DNA from: Podarcis vaucheri
Lineage: Eukaryota
NCBI GenBank assembly: GCA_965113315.1
Contig: OZ220370.1
Length of the DNA: 64,000 bases
Direction: 5' to 3' (one strand)
In this document: positions 37,052 through 51,912 of the stretch, in pieces
How the letters are laid out: the number at the start of each line of letters is the position of its first letter
How positions within the stretch are numbered: the stretch's first letter is position 1
Program-made: the position numbers and the translations under genes
Notes under the pieces: generated by a model
The model's database searches: none
Seen by the model: the letters and a program-made list of their open reading frames with translations, nothing else
Told to the model about the DNA's origin: nothing

Positions 37052-37363
37052 CTGTGGACATGAGGAATAATTAGAAAACAGCAACCTCTCCTAGGAATGC
37101 CATGAACTGCAGGCAACATTTCAACGTAGGCCTGAGATTTTAATAACAATTGCCATGCTATGATGGGCTAAATCCCATCTAATGTTTTGTCTGGCCACTG
37201 TATACAAATTGGGAGTTTTCCAGACAGAGACTCTGATACAGAAAAACCTTGGGCCAGATCAAATTATTGGGCAAACATGGCTGCCAACTGATTTGCCAGG
37301 AGATACTACTACCTATGGAGACCAAGCACCATTTTAAGCAGCCCTACACGCTGTAGAAAAAAA

Positions 37364-37745
37364 GAATTATTGAGTTGGAAGGGACTTGGGACGTCATCTC
37401 GTCTTAACACCCTGCTCAATGCAGGATCAACAATCCAGGATGCAACTCCAGAATCCCTGACAGATGGCTATCTAGCCTCTGCTTAGAAACTTTCAGTGAA
37501 GGAGAGCCCATCACCTACCAAGACAGTCTCTTCCTTTGTTGAACAGCTCTACACATTAGAAAGTGTCTTCCAATGTTTAGACCAAATCTGTTGCACCACC
37601 ATTTCCACCCACTGGTTCTAGTCCTGCCCTCTGATACAGCAGAGAACAAGCCTTCTTCATCTTCCATATGACAACCCTTCAGAAATTTGAAGACTGCTGC
37701 CATGTCTCTCCTTAACAATCTTCTCTCCAGGCTAAACATACCCAG
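37364..37745 (-). mobile_element. CR1 LINE 3' end (ORF2 C-terminus + 3'UTR)
   Basis: LGMFSLERRLLRRDMAAVFKFLKGCH...RTRTSGWK...NIGRHFL in ORF 37515-37955; tail GTCCCTTCCAACTC. Confidence 0.85.
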
Positions 37746-38897
37746 TGGCCAAGGAGGGAAACAGGAGGAGATAGAAGTGGGACAAAAACATTGTCCTGCG
37801 GTAGGCCCTCCCTCAGTTGGCAAGACTTGACTTGCTATGACACTTAAAAGGGAACTGAGCAAACCATTGAGCAGACAGGAAGAGAGATGGAACATCATGT
37901 ACCAAAGCAGTGAGTAAATGAGAACTGAGCTCAGGAAAGGAAACGGTGGTACCACATATCAAGCAAAGGAAAAAAGTAGGCTGACATTTGCAGTTAAAAA
38001 ACATAGTTATTCCAGCAGCAAAGATCAGGCTTTAGAAGGAGAAATATCCTTTGGAAGATCTCCCTCTTGAAAGAAGCAACCTAAATGTGAACAAGCTTGA
38101 GAACCACTTGGATGGATGTAAAAATACCAGCTCTTTCGATATTTGCAAATTTTCCTTTGTTAAAGGGAAAAGTGCATATCAACTCTCCAAAAAGGAAGAA
38201 GCTCCATGCAGAGCCTCAAAAGTCTTCCACTTTGAGGGCAGACATATAGTGGAGAAGACTCTAACCATTCTTTGCACATTAACACAGTAATTTTGTTAAA
38301 TACAATTTGTAGATTCCAGCCATCAGATTTTCTCTTGATCTATTCGAGATGTTACCGACCAGCACTACCCAGCTGTCTCACACTTGTTGTGGGTAGCAGT
38401 GCTACATAGTAGGAGAATAAAAGAGAACAGCATTACATATGAAACATGGCAGCTTTTCCTGCTTTTCAAACCTGCCTTGGACAGGGGCTGGGGGGCATTT
38501 AAAAACAAGTCTTTCAGTGTCTTTAGAAAAGGTGTGTAGTTGTCCTCATCCTACAGACAGATTACACTGTCTGCTTCCGAAAACACAGGAACTCCTGGCT
38601 TAGCCAGTGATTTTAAAACTCTTGACATTATTAGGCACACTGGGAAACACGGATTCATTTGTTTGGTGAGAAAAAAGTCATCACCTAATGCTAGTAGTAT
38701 GGAGTACTTTGCTCTGTCCTCTGGTGCTTTGACAGCAAACCATCCATGGAAGTTTCTTCTCCCATGTGTGGCAGTGTTCAAGCAGGTTGGCTGGCTCAGC
38801 AGCTGCCAGCAATGCTCTTGGACGTCTCACAACACTATACTTTCCGCGAGAGCTACTCTGGAAGCAAGTAGGATAAAACAAAAGAGACTCTAGCTAC

Positions 38898-39028
38898 CTG
38901 AGCTCTCCTAGAAGTGCCGATATTGTACTAAGAGAAGACCCATTTTCTTTCTTTGCTTCTGCTGTTGCGATCTGATAGAGCAGCTTTTCCATTGAAAATG
39001 GCTTGGGTATACGTCGTTGCTTCATCTC
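38898..39028 (-). CDS. JARID2: JARID2 exon: [44 protein letters not shown]
   Basis: ACGCAG|GAG ... AG|GTAGCT; 131 nt, phase 0-2. Confidence 0.95.
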
Positions 39029-39597
39029 CTGCGTCGACAAATTCCAGAGTGTTAGTTCACATACAATGAAATAACTCGTTTTGGAAAGAAAAAGGAACAT
39101 ACCCAATTAACGCATCATCCTTGGGGACAAGGATTTCCTGACCAGAAGAGTGTATGTGTGAAACACAAAATTTTCCTGAGCAATCTCTTCTCAGTCACTT
39201 CATATTGGCCCTTCAGGTGTCAGTGTGCAATTCCTGCCGTCCCTTAACTTCTCAATTAAGCCCTGGGCACAAGTGCAAGTAAATGCAAAGTGCAACTCAC
39301 CTCCCCAAGACTTTCACCTGCAAAACACAACCCAACTGGTCCTAGTAGGCACTGTTGCTGCTGTCCTTGCAACAAATTCAACCAACGAGTCATACATAAA
39401 AGGAGTTACTAATGCACATCACAGCTGAGTCAGGACATGTCCTATGAATAGTTATATGTGACACAGTCCATGCAGTCTTCATTGAAATGGAGATTTCTCA
39501 AGTTCTGAGTGGTAAAAGGCAAAGTCTAGATGCTTTATGTATGAAAAAAACCCCACCCATATCCCAAAAGGTTTAATGAATGCATCAAGCAGCACTA

Positions 39598-39843
<246 letters not shown>

Positions 39844-40518
39844 CTAGGGAGAGAGAAAGAAGCAGGGGAAATCTAGAGCGGGTGCCTTTCTTGGCAGCTC
39901 CATTTGCTTACCTCTTACTACTTGCCATGGAGAACATGCAAAAGTCATATTGAATCTCTAAATGCTTCTACAGAAACAAACCCCAGAGCAGATCCTTCTG
40001 CTGCCAACTACGTAAAACCAACCAACTCTTAAGCTTGGCTTAAAGGGAAACAAACCTCAGCAGGACCCAGGAGCCTTGGGGTGGGGAGGCATATCTCCTT
40101 GTGTCATATAGGACTGGGTTATCCCCTTTAAGAACATATGAATCCACATCAGCCCCTCTAAGTATTGCTTAAACAATAAATCTGAGCTTTCACTCTGGCT
40201 GGAAGCTCCTACCAATTTCAGCAGTGACATCAGTAAGAAAAAACCCCAAAGTTAGACAATAATCCTCCATCTCCATCCTTAATACGCATAGGTCAGTTGA
40301 GGGGGAGCTGTGTGCCTGTGTTTGCCCCTGTGTGTTTGGCAGGGGAAAGGAGTGTGGTGTGGACATCTACCAGGGGCATGCAGTTCCCAGATGGTTAACC
40401 CAAGGTTTGGCCCTTGGATCTAGAAAGGAAATCGACCCCTGGCTTACACAATAAAATGTATTGCTGTTCCTGACACCGCAAAAGAAACTGCCTAGTAACA
40501 AATCACAAAGCAACTCAC

Positions 40519-40624
40519 CATGACGTTACTTTCAAGCATTTCCAGCCCTGGAGTGCCATTGGCTTGCAGCAGGGTGTGTACCACTTTGTCAAGTTTTTTC
40601 TCCTCTGCAGCAGGAATGCAATAC
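40519..40624 (-). CDS. JARID2: JARID2 exon (JmjC): [35 protein letters not shown]
   Basis: GAACAG|G ... ATG|GTGAGT; 106 nt. Confidence 0.95.
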
Positions 40625-42457
40625 CTGTTCATTTTTGACACAGAAAGGGGAAACAAAGGGAGTATTTATTCCATGCTGCCGAAATTGACATCACCAAAGC
40701 TGAGAGCAACATGAGAGCATACAAAGCCCTGCTGGATCAGACAAAAGGCCCCTCTGGTCCAGGGTCCTGTTCTCAGATGCGTAGAGGAAGCCTGGACCTG
40801 AATGCAGCAGCAGATGTGCAAAATATACCAAGAGTTTGCAAATTTGAAAACAAGATCAAACTTCAAAATAACACAGCAAGGAATAATTGTAGCGCTACAA
40901 CCACTGAATATATTATCAAACATTGGAGCATTAAAGGATTTGCCATCTCTACATGTATCTGACTGCATTTCTCTCAAATATTGGGGGTTAGGAAAAGGAG
41001 AAATAGAACTGTGTTTGAACTCACAATATTTTGAAGCTCTCACCTAATGAAACTACAACCAGCATATCCTCTGTTGGTTGAACCGAATGCTGACACCTGA
41101 CTGCTTTTTAACATCCCATAACCACCAATAAGGGCTGTCCCACACATTCCATGTCAGCAAACCTGGGCATGCTGCTGAAGCAACCAAGAACAGACAGGGA
41201 TTTGTAGCTGATCCTGGCTCTTTGGAAGAGAATGCCTGTATGGCACAAATTTCCAAAGACTGGATTTTATCATACGTATGACCAACTTGCAAGGGTATGC
41301 TAACCCCCCCCCCCAATGTAAACCTAAAAGGTGAATGTGTGGTGTGGCCCCAATATCAAAAGCTCCTTTTTGACAAATATCTGTACACCATGTCTGAATA
41401 GCAAAGTCACATTCAGGAGTATTCTTCATGGCCACTCTGGACTGCAGGCCTCTGCTCTCCTGAAGCTGTGCAACATTTTGGACTTTTTCCAGAGGACATT
41501 TGAAAGTCTTCTATTTGAGCTGGCAAGAGCCATTAGCTGGGTAGCCCCTGGTTCAAATCTCATGTCAGCCCTGAATGCACTTCGCACTTGGGTAAGCCAC
41601 ACTCAGCCTTCCAACTGTATCACTGCAATAATACAACATCCTTGTAATTACTGAGATGATGTATGTGTGAAGTACATCTTAAAGCTGAGGCTTGTACAAA
41701 CTACCACTCACTCCCTTGCCTATGGGAAAAAAGAGCTGCCTCCTAGTGACGAGACAGGAAGTGTTTTCCCCCCAAACACAGTTAATTACTTTCCATTTAG
41801 GCCTGAAAAGATAGGTGTAAGTTTTTATGGTACAACAGAAGAATGCTGCCTCTCACATAGGGAGTACCACTTGTTACAAAGCTGCACTGCATCTGGAACC
41901 CCTCTAAACCCTCTGAAAAGCTCTTTAGGGTGTTCTTGATCTTCTCAAGCCAGTTTGGCAGAGGGGAGAAAGATGGAGGGAGGCAGGATTGGTGCCTCCT
42001 TACTTAAGTACGAGAGAGAGCATTCTACTCTTTGAACAGGATTTTGGGATCCAAGAGATTACATATAGGGAGTGCATGCTGGAAACATTTTTTACGGCCT
42101 AGTAACTTTGGAGGCTTATTTGCGCAGCATTTGTACCAAATGGAATAAGTGGGACTTCTATGTAAGGCTTGTGATTAACTCCGATTCTTTGCCACATTTC
42201 TAGGTTGCGTGTGCTGAACAAGGGTCAACTTGATCTTTTTCTGCTTAATGTGATATTTTCTGGCTTTTGAGAGTTTTATAATCTTTAGGAAAACATTATT
42301 TATAGAAGAAGGTTGTAGTTGGGCAGGTTGGGGTGCCATGAACTGCGATGGTGTTGAGGCCGTAAGACGCTCCATCAGGATCACCATAGAAGCTGACGTG
42401 CAACTTCCTGAAAGCAACAGTGCAGAAGAGCAAAGAGGTTCACTTGGGATTCACTTA

Positions 42458-42583
<126 letters not shown>

Positions 42584-43691
42584 TTAGATCAGAAGCAAAA
42601 CACAATTAATGGGGAAAAGGTATGTTGAAAACCACACATATAATTTGTGCTGATACTTGAAAATTTAAATCTTTTGATTTCTACCAGAAATAAGATTACA
42701 TAGTTAACAAGAGATGTCTTTGATCTGATTATTCGGATACATTTTTTCACCCAGGCTCCTATTTTTTCACGGCATCACTATGCAGCCGATCACACATGCA
42801 TATAAATTTTGCTTTCTGCAAATATTCTGGGTGCACACTTGTATTAACATGGTGAATTGCTTGGACAAGTGTGGCTCATGAACACTGGTTGCAGGCAGAA
42901 AACATCCCCCCCCCCCGAAAGTTGAAAATGGTGCAGGTAAGCATAGGTATCTCATTATCATCTCTATTTATAGGTCTTTGTAAAAATGCTTCAAAATCCT
43001 GCCAGACCTGTTTGACCAGAGATCGGGGGGGGGGGGGTTAGAAGAAATGAGTGAGCAACAGCAGTCACTTTCAGCTCTTTGTAAAATGATTATCTAACCC
43101 CCCAGCCATTATCAGGTAGAAATCACTGAAGAGCCTTAATGAAGAACCAGAGGAATTTCTGCAAATTTATTGGCACAGCACTGCTCCCTGGAGACTGCAA
43201 ATGATGAAGTTACATGTGCTGATCGCTCACCATATTGACACTAAAACATTATCATGAGCCTACTGAATAATGATGAACAACTGGGAGAAGTAAATGGCCC
43301 AAGGTAGAGATGGTCTGCACTACATGCGTACCCCTCCGTCTCACTCTCACCTTTCTTTCTTTCCTTTTTAAAAAATTCAGTAATACAAGACACAGAGCTT
43401 AACTGCTACGTTTGGCTTGTTCAGATACAAAACACACCTTTCTCAGCCTCTCTAGGATAGAAGTGTGTCCATCTGTGCTGAACAGATTGAGGGGTCAATG
43501 GGCAGCAGAGACACAAACAGGATTATAAATGCCACCATGATGGGAAGCTTACTGAATATTAATTCATTTTTAAACAGCAGGTAGAGATGCCCAGCTCCAG
43601 GGAGGTGGCAAAAACATGATTTATTCAACACTCTGTGTGAATTCCACAACAGAGTATGTCTCTTAAACATGGAGAATATAAATGGACTTAC

Positions 43692-43762
43692 CAGGCACAG
43701 CACCAAGATGTCGCAGGATGGATCCTGTGTTATTAGGAAGGACTGTTAGGTTCCACCCATGC
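43692..43762 (-). CDS. JARID2: JARID2 exon (JmjC start): [23 protein letters not shown]
   Basis: CAATAG|G ... G|GTAAGT; 71 nt. Confidence 0.95.
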
Positions 43763-45526
43763 CTATTGAAATTAAGTGGTGCACATCGTGATGAGCAAAC
43801 ATCAAATGTCACATTAGTCATTGTTTTATTTACCTACTTGCTAGGGATTCTGCAATGCTGTGTAGGACTGCAGCCAAAGGAGGAATGCTCTAGGCCTCTT
43901 TGCTGCAATTCCAGATTTTGTTTTAAAAGTAAAATTCTGCTTAAAAATGAAACTTCTAGCTCTTTCCTTTATGCTAACAAATGTGTAAGCAGCATTCTAG
44001 ACATGGTTGTTCAATACACTTGCTCTTGCCTTTGTGTTCTGGTTAACCTTGCAAAGGCACTAGTGACTAACAAGAACTTTAGACTTCTTGTTTAAATTTA
44101 TTGATGTCATTTTTTTAAAAAATAAACACGATTAATAAATTGAAATGGTGAAAACATAAAACAACTTGTTTTTCTTCTTTTTGCTGCTTCACAAAGATGC
44201 ACCATGTTATTGTTTCAATTAGGTGCCTTGCAAAAGCAAGCAAACAAAAAACCCAGTAATTGACTGACTCCCAATCCAAAGGAATCTTTATAGCTACGTG
44301 GGAAGGAGAAGTTTGGCAGGGACCGTCTTTCCATGGGGTCATAGCTGACACATTTTAGCAGCTACTGTATGGTTCCTAGCCATCTGTTTCCACCCAAACT
44401 AAGTTGTGGTTAATTCATTAAACGCATCGTCATTAACTTGCTCACTCAGGAACAGACAAGGTGAACATTAAGGGAAACGTACATGCATCTGGGTGCACAG
44501 CATAAAGAAGGCATCGTGTGGATTCAAAAAAAGTCCTTGCCCACCAAATAAGAGGTTGCAGCATTCACACAACCCATTAAGATGCTTATGCTGAACTGGT
44601 TGGTTGGGGAAATGTTAATGCTGTGGCTCCTTCAAGCAACTAACTGAAACTGGACGGAAAAGTTATAGGAGGAATGGTAGGATCCTGTAGCAACTGCCTG
44701 CACCCCCTTAAGAAGATCCTCACCCTTGGAACTTAAAAAGAAATGCAAAAGGTGTAATGAATGTGCAATTGTACAGCTTTAGAGATCCTTTGTGCTAATG
44801 CAGGGTGTGCAAAAAGGGGGAGGGAAACACCCAGTGCGACATTTCTGGTTTACTCCAGGCCTGACCATTTCACGAAACTCTTCCTTCTGGGGACACTATA
44901 AATATATGAACAGCATAACTAGGAAAAGGGATAATAATTACAAAACAATAAAACACAATACGTAATAAAACATAAAACTTCATAATCTCACATTAAATGA
45001 ATAATAGCTTATCAAGTTGCATTCTGCAAAAGAAAATACAGAAAAGCTGAAAAATGTATCGACGTATATATTAATGCAAACATATCTAACAAAACCACAT
45101 TAAAACCAGACTTTCTACCAATGAGACAACCCCTAAAAATGGAAAGCTGTCAAAAAGCATGATTGGTAAGGCTGAAGGTGCTTTGGGGCAGTTTTCAATG
45201 ATATATTTTGTCCTTGCTAGCCCTTTTCCTATGTACGCTGCTCATATGCCCCCAAGGAAGGAATTTTCCAAAACGTGTTGGACCTGGAATGAGCCATAAT
45301 TCTAGCAGCCAAAGTCCACCCCCCACCTTACCTGTCAGTAACAACCCTTATTCTGCAGCTGGCTGTTTTGCTGCTAACTGGGGCGGGGTAGCACAAGCTG
45401 CTACAAATACACTGAGCATGAAACAACATTATACCCAATAATGGTGATGAAACCTGCAACTTAGTAAACAAATTAGAGGAGCCAGTGCTCTATAGAGAGG
45501 TGAAAGGTGTCTTGGAACTCCCCTTA

Positions 45527-45670
<144 letters not shown>

Positions 45671-46345
45671 TTAAGATTAGAGGAGAGTGCAGTTCCATTT
45701 CCCTGAGTTCAATCTAGGCAAATTCTCATTCCTTAGAAACCGGGCGCCTGATATTTCAAAATACACCAAAAGCAAGCTTTGTATAGCTCTTCCGACAAAT
45801 AATAATTTCTTAGCTGATGTTATTACTAAGCCCTGATAAGTGCGAATGCTTGCATTATAAAAAATGATATTACTATCCATTTAGAAATTGCTGCTTGGTC
45901 CATTCTGAGAGTAAGTGGTCCTCCAAAGGGGAAATGGTTTATAAAATATCTTTGTGTCAACCAGCATAACTTCTGCTAAGGATATACCATGAGCTGTTGC
46001 CACTGAACCAATGGCTGTACCTAGGATAGCCTGGTTTATGTAGTGGGTTGGCATTTGCCCAAGGATGGTTATTCCTCGCATGGAAAAGAAAGCCTTTGGA
46101 ATAAAGTGCTGGTTCACATAAGAGGTAAGATAGTGCAGTGAAGCATTTGGGCTACATGTTTGATGTCCTTGAGGCAGGACTTTCTTTTGCAGAAGCCATG
46201 CTGATTCTTCCTCAGCAAGCCTTGTTCTTCTTTCTAATAAACTGTTTCACAATTCCGTTTTAAAATCTGCCTTTCTGTGTGCTTCTTGCAGCTGCCCTCT
46301 TTTTCTTCCTTGACTTGGATCCCAGCAGATATTCCCCACCAACAT

Positions 46346-46385
46346 GACACGACACGACACGACACGACACGACACAACACAACAC
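46346..46385. repeat. (GACAC)6(AACAC)2 pentanucleotide microsatellite
   Basis: Directly visible. Confidence 0.9.
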
Positions 46386-46554
46386 CTGCTGTAATCATGG
46401 GAATTGTTACAGGGCTTAACTGCTGAGTTCTCATGTTACATTACCCAGGCAAATGCACGCTTGTGGATGGTTTGGATCTCTAGTGTGTATGGGGAGAAAA
46501 TCATCTTCTAGTGGCTAGTTTAAAGAACTACCCTGACTTTACGGAACCCCTCAC

Positions 46555-46647
46555 CTCTATTTCAGCTGCCGTAGGCTCCTTGCTGAAGCACATGTTCATG
46601 ATGTTTCTTGCTGTTCGGTAAAAGGTTGTTAAAGAAACAGACCTTCC
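46555..46647 (-). CDS. JARID2: JARID2 exon: [31 protein letters not shown]
   Basis: TTGCAG|GGA ... GAG|GTGAGG; 93 nt. Confidence 0.95.
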
Positions 46648-49288
46648 CTGCAAACCAAAGCATAAAAAGGGAGAAACTGTGGTAGTTGTTTTCCATCATT
46701 AGTAACAGTAATATTGAAAATAATAATGAATAAAGGAAGAGCAGATATGAGTGGCTGGAAATATAGATACATCATGACACAGGGTTATTAAACCAACAAT
46801 GTTCCAGATTGCAATTTCTCTCATCTATTGCATGGGCAGCACCAATAAAAAATATGCACAACATTATTAAGAAAAAGTGGGGGAAATGCATAATATATGG
46901 GGGGGGGATTGCTGCAAAATATGTATATGAGGCAGAATTGTGAACAAAAACGCACATTTTTAGTGTTGGCTCTAAAAAGAAAATCACAAACTGGTGTGGA
47001 AATGGGGCAAACTGAGCTTAAGATCAGAAAAATGAGACGCTGAAGGTGTCCATCACTAACTGCAGACTGAAACTGTAAATGCTCTAAATGGGCTTGCTCA
47101 GATACATTTTGTCCTGCGTTCTGTTCTAACTTCACGTTGCCTGAGAAAGTTGTCCTCTATGTGTAAGACTGCTGCCTAGGGAAGGAAGAGAAATCAGAAT
47201 GACTCATTTTAAGGACCAGCGGCTAACTGAGATGCCAATTTAGGCTTATTTTTAAAGGGAGTAGTGTTGATGCTTGCTCACAAGCTGGAATCAGCTGTAG
47301 GAAACAACTGCAGACATGTTAGAAAATAAAATATCTTTCACCAAATGAACTTTCAAACTGGGTAGCCAAAGAAAGACTAACCCCAGAGGTCCAAAACAAA
47401 ACTGAAAAAGTTGATTAGCGTTTAGCCATAGGCCAGTACAATACTAAAATGTAAATATTTCAATCAGATTTTTTTTAAAAACACACACAAACACAATAAA
47501 GAATCATGAAAAAACATTTCCAATTCATAAACTAGAAGTACATCAATATAACTCAACTGTGCCTTTTTCCCCCAAGCAAAGGTGCGGTGATCATGTATGG
47601 TTTTCCATTCAGTAAGTAAGGGGAGTAATAATCACACCGTGAGCTTAACATTAAAACTTGCAGTCTCACAGTGCTTTAACATGCACAAATGGAAGCTAGC
47701 TATTTGTCTTAAAATATATCTTCATTTTCTCTCTGAATATGAAGACCACTATTTTGTTTTGATGATTAGAGATATTTTCCACAATTCATTGAGAACAGAA
47801 AGACTCGAGGTGCTTTCAGTTACAATGCACTTCTGCAATGAAGGTTTTCCCTGATTTTCAACACTTGGCTGGATCCCAGACCCCAACCTGTTAATGGTGC
47901 ATGTTGGGGGATGGAAAATATGCTTTGTGGGGGTAAAGAGAAGGCTCACGTGTTACCAAAAGTTTTAAGTTAATTAGTTCAAACTACAGAGTCAAACTCT
48001 CAGTAGTTTTCTGCTTCTTTCTCCCAGAGCAAAAACAGACACTACCAAATAGTTCCCCCCAATCAAAGTCTTAGCTCAGGCCCACTGACTACACAAAAAA
48101 TGTTGAGCTGCCCCATAAAAAATAAAATGTGAAATGAACACAAGGCAATTAAGCTATTACAAGTGCCCATCAGGGGAGGAGAGCTAAGACACTCTTAAAT
48201 GTCAGAGCTGCATGCTTGTAAATAAAATGAGCAATTTCCTTCCTCTTTTACTGCCCATGTGAACCATTTATTGGGGTAGTCTAACAAAAAAAACATCCTT
48301 CAAAAGTGCTATTCAACAGCCATCAAATTTGCGTCTGTAATTCAGGGTTTACAAAGACTGCTCACAAGCACAGAGAAACAGCTGTCTAGATTTAAGGAGT
48401 GCTTGCTGTGGGGTTTGGTGTTTTTTTTGCCAGACAAATAAAGGCAGAAATTATCATCAAGAACTGGTTACTATCGGAGAGAGGTGGCAACCCTACCTCA
48501 GGGCAGAAGTTTTCTCAAGTTTTTTTAATAAAAAAGATTAGTCATAATTGATCTGATTTATTAGTTCTTAAATTTTTCCTCTGGGCATAAAGCACCCTCC
48601 AGGGAAAACTCTCACTTTCCAGCCTTTGTCTGAAATTACATTCATTTGGGAGAAATTTTTCTCACTTTGATTTTATCTGTTTGGTTCAAAAGAACACAAC
48701 ATTGTGAAGGAGATTTGCAATAGTCATCATTTCACTGCAAAATATTTCTTCCTTGATTTCATCTCAAAACACCTGCAGACTTATTTAAAGAATTCCCCAA
48801 GTGAAAACCAAATACCTGTCCCAGTTCACATGTAATGTTAAGCCACAGTAAGAAACAAACCATGGTTAGGAATGTGCTACGGCACACTGAAGAATTGCTT
48901 CTACCTGCCCTGAGTTGGGAAGAAACAAACCACAGCTTGTGCTTAGCGTTAACTGCAAGCCAGTCCTCGTGGGTTGTTTCTCTCCAAAACCCGGGGTGGA
49001 AACTAAGGTTTGCTCTTGGACTTACTGCCCATAGTTTGTTTGGAGGAGTCATTGTTGGAGAATTTCCTCTAAATAACTTAGCAACTGGAACCTCCTGGGC
49101 CAAATCTGGTCCCTTAAGGGGTGATGCTTGACTCCCATCCAAACTATAACCCAGAGGCAAAAGGTGATGTGAGAGGAGTGATGGGCAACAGGAGACTTTA
49201 ACTTCACATTTCTCCTAGTTGATATATGCAGGTTACAGATTCTTTGCATACACTGTCTCACTTATTTCATGTGACCTAAGCTCAACTA

Positions 49289-49421
49289 GGACGGTGTTCT
49301 CGAAGCTACAAACATGAGTCTGACCAAGCTGCAGGAGGCAGTGGAAGTCAGGAGTGCCTGGCGTGCTCTGGTCCAGGGGGTCACGAAGAGTCGGACACGA
49401 CTAAACAACTAAACAACAACA
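49289..49421 (+). mobile_element. BovB (RTE clade) LINE 3' end, 5'-truncated
   Basis: GGAGTGCCTGGCGTGCTCTGGTCCAGGGGGTCACGAAGAGTCGGACACGACTAAAC + (AAC)n tail; perfect 11-bp TSD AAGCTCAACTA (49278-49288, 49422-49432). Confidence 0.9.
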
Positions 49422-50719
49422 AAGCTCAACTAACTTAGTCTGGGATCCAACCCATGACTTTAGGAGAATTAGGAAAACTGGGAGCCTACCCCCATTAAAA
49501 AAAAAATCTATTGCCAGATAGAACAATTAATCCCCTTTATTTTGTGACACAATAAAAATTCTTTACATGGGAAGCCAAGCATATGGCTTGATCATGATTT
49601 GCAGTGTAATTTTGTGTGGTTACTCATAAGTCATACCTGACTTACTACCAGGTAAATGTACAAAGGATTTTTAATACCACATATTTAGTTCATATCTCTT
49701 TTTCTGCATAAGTTTAGCAGAACAAAACAAAGCTATTGTAGTCTGACTAGAAATAATTTGACTGAGCAGATTTTTTTACCTCTAGCAGAAGTGAAAGACT
49801 GACTCCAATTGCAGTATTAGTTTCCTATGGAATTTGCTAACAGTGGCAGCACTTCTGGCTGAAGTTAAAAATATGCACTTTCAAACAGAAGTAGAAGATC
49901 ATAGCTTACGTATATAAGCTATACTGTCAAACTGATTGTGGACTAAAAGGCCTTAATTAAATTAAAAACAACAACCCCCAGTCTCAATTAGACATCCATA
50001 AGGAAACTGAAGAGATCTGAAGGAAAATGCTTCATAAATACCCCCCCACACCACCCTAAGGTTTTATCAAACTTAGGTCCATTAATTTCAATGGGTCTAC
50101 TCTTACTAAATATGTACAAATTTGATAAAAGGGCTGTGCTCATTGTGTTCATTCTTACAGTACTTTACTTTCACGATGTAATCTTTTACAGACTTAGGAA
50201 CACTCCTGTAACATCCCTTGGTATAATAAAGGTGTTGCATGAATATTCAGTGGCGATAAATGATTCTGTAAGAGGAAGCACAGGCTTAGTTAAGTAGCCT
50301 TAACCTCTGCTCACTTATTCCACACACTCTAGTCCTGTGAAATGCAGCTGCCAGTCATGAGGACTGTCAGGTCGCAGGTGATGGGGTGATGGCGTCCAAT
50401 GACCCAGCCAATTTCTAGGCCTGACCGACTGCAGGGTGTCAGGAAGAAGGTGTTGATAAGAGCAACAGGCCAATTTGTTTCACGGATAAACATATTACAG
50501 CAAGAGCTATCAAATGACATTAAATCATAATGAATACATTTCAAGTGGTAATTGAGTGTATATTTTAACCTGGTATTTAAGTTTATAAAGCTGTCATGGG
50601 GTGAGGGGGCAGATTCTTCCAAGGTCTGAACTCTTGCGATTTTTAACTCCGCTGCTTGCTGTTGCAAGCCCTGGAAATTAGACTGTTTGAGCTGATCATA
50701 GGCAGGCAAATGTCAGGAG

Positions 50720-50870
50720 CCCACAGTGTGGTGTTGTGGCTGGAGTGTTGTGTTTGGACACGGGAAAGCCAAGCCCATTCCCCACTCAGACATTAAACTT
50801 GCTGGGTGGCCTTGCACAAGTCACAGCCACACAGGCTCACCTCACTCACAGGGTTGTAGAGAAGATAAAG
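50720..50870 (+). mobile_element. Old CORE/MIR-like SINE
   Basis: tRNA-like head remnant then TGGGTGGCCTTGCACAAGTCAC...CCTCACTCACAGGGTTGT..GAAGATAAA, resembling the CORE domain. Confidence 0.55.
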
Positions 50871-51415
50871 TAAATTAATCCTTTGCCCAGACCTCTTGAG
50901 GGAAAAAGGCAGGAATACAAATGCAGTTAATATAGAAGTAAACAGAATCTGGCACAGGAATGTATAGATAGGCCTCAGTTCTTGAAGACTGACAGCCTCT
51001 GCACAGAGGAACCAGAAGTTGCCAATTTCCGGCAGCACCTGATTCCTGTTTTGCAGCGAGAGGAGAAAGAGCAGTGATGGAAAAAGCAGTGTGTGCCGGG
51101 CACAGGCACCAGCGTAATAAACACCATATTTCTTTCTCTCTTAGCAGCTCAGCCTCACTCACTAAATCCAACCTCACTAACAATTACACAGCAAGCAGCG
51201 GTTGCCAGCTCCTGCTTAATAGTGGGGAGGCTGCCAAATCAAATTGAGTGGGGGAGTCAACATTCCTCTGCAAATGGATGTGCTCAGCGTCAGGAGGAAT
51301 AAGCCTTCCAAACCACTGTTTGCACTAAATCAGAGCTGGCAACTGCAGACAAAAATACTGTTTGCATTTCGGGTTGCACGTTCTAAGCAGGGCCAACGGC
51401 AAGGCTTCTGCTTAC

Positions 51416-51912
51416 CTTATATACACACTTGTGGAGGTCACTGAGAACGCCTTTGTCTTCCTCCTCTTCCTTCACGGTCTCTTTTTCCTGAGAGAAGAGT
51501 CGCCGCCGGCCCGTTTTCTGTGGGACTTCGACTTCCTTCGCCTTGTTCCGGAAGCCGTTTTTATGAACCACGCCATTGATGAGTCCGTTTTTGGGCTCAT
51601 ACCGGGGGAGAGACTGGAATTCGTAGTTGTTCTCCGAATGTACCTCCAGGGGGCCTTTCCTCTTTTCTAGGACCTCCTTTTCAAAGAGGACTTCCTTCTC
51701 CAGTCTCTTGTGCTCCTCGGCAGAGAGGGAGTCGTAGGAGAGCAAGTACTGGCAGTACGCCTCCTGCAGCTTTGCTAACCTGTCCTGTGCAGTTTTGGGG
51801 ATCCGCAGCAGGTCTGCCAGCTTGTTCCATTTCTTGAGGTCAGTCACTTGCTGCATGCCCCCCATTTCGTTGATCAGTTGGAAAAAGCAGGCCAAATCTA
51901 GCTCACATCCTC
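51416..51912 (-). CDS. JARID2: JARID2 exon (ARID domain): [61 protein letters not shown]...LHKCVYK
   Basis: ACCCAG|GA ... AAG|GTAAGC; 497 nt; ORF 51383-51895. Confidence 0.97.

Noticed and set aside
36676-37149. 157-aa ORF as a standalone gene
   Set aside because: JARID2 exon 36868-37051 plus open intronic flanks; the same applies to ORFs 57180-58223, 51383-51895, 38894-39106, 39595-39831 and, for DTNBP1, 29982-30179
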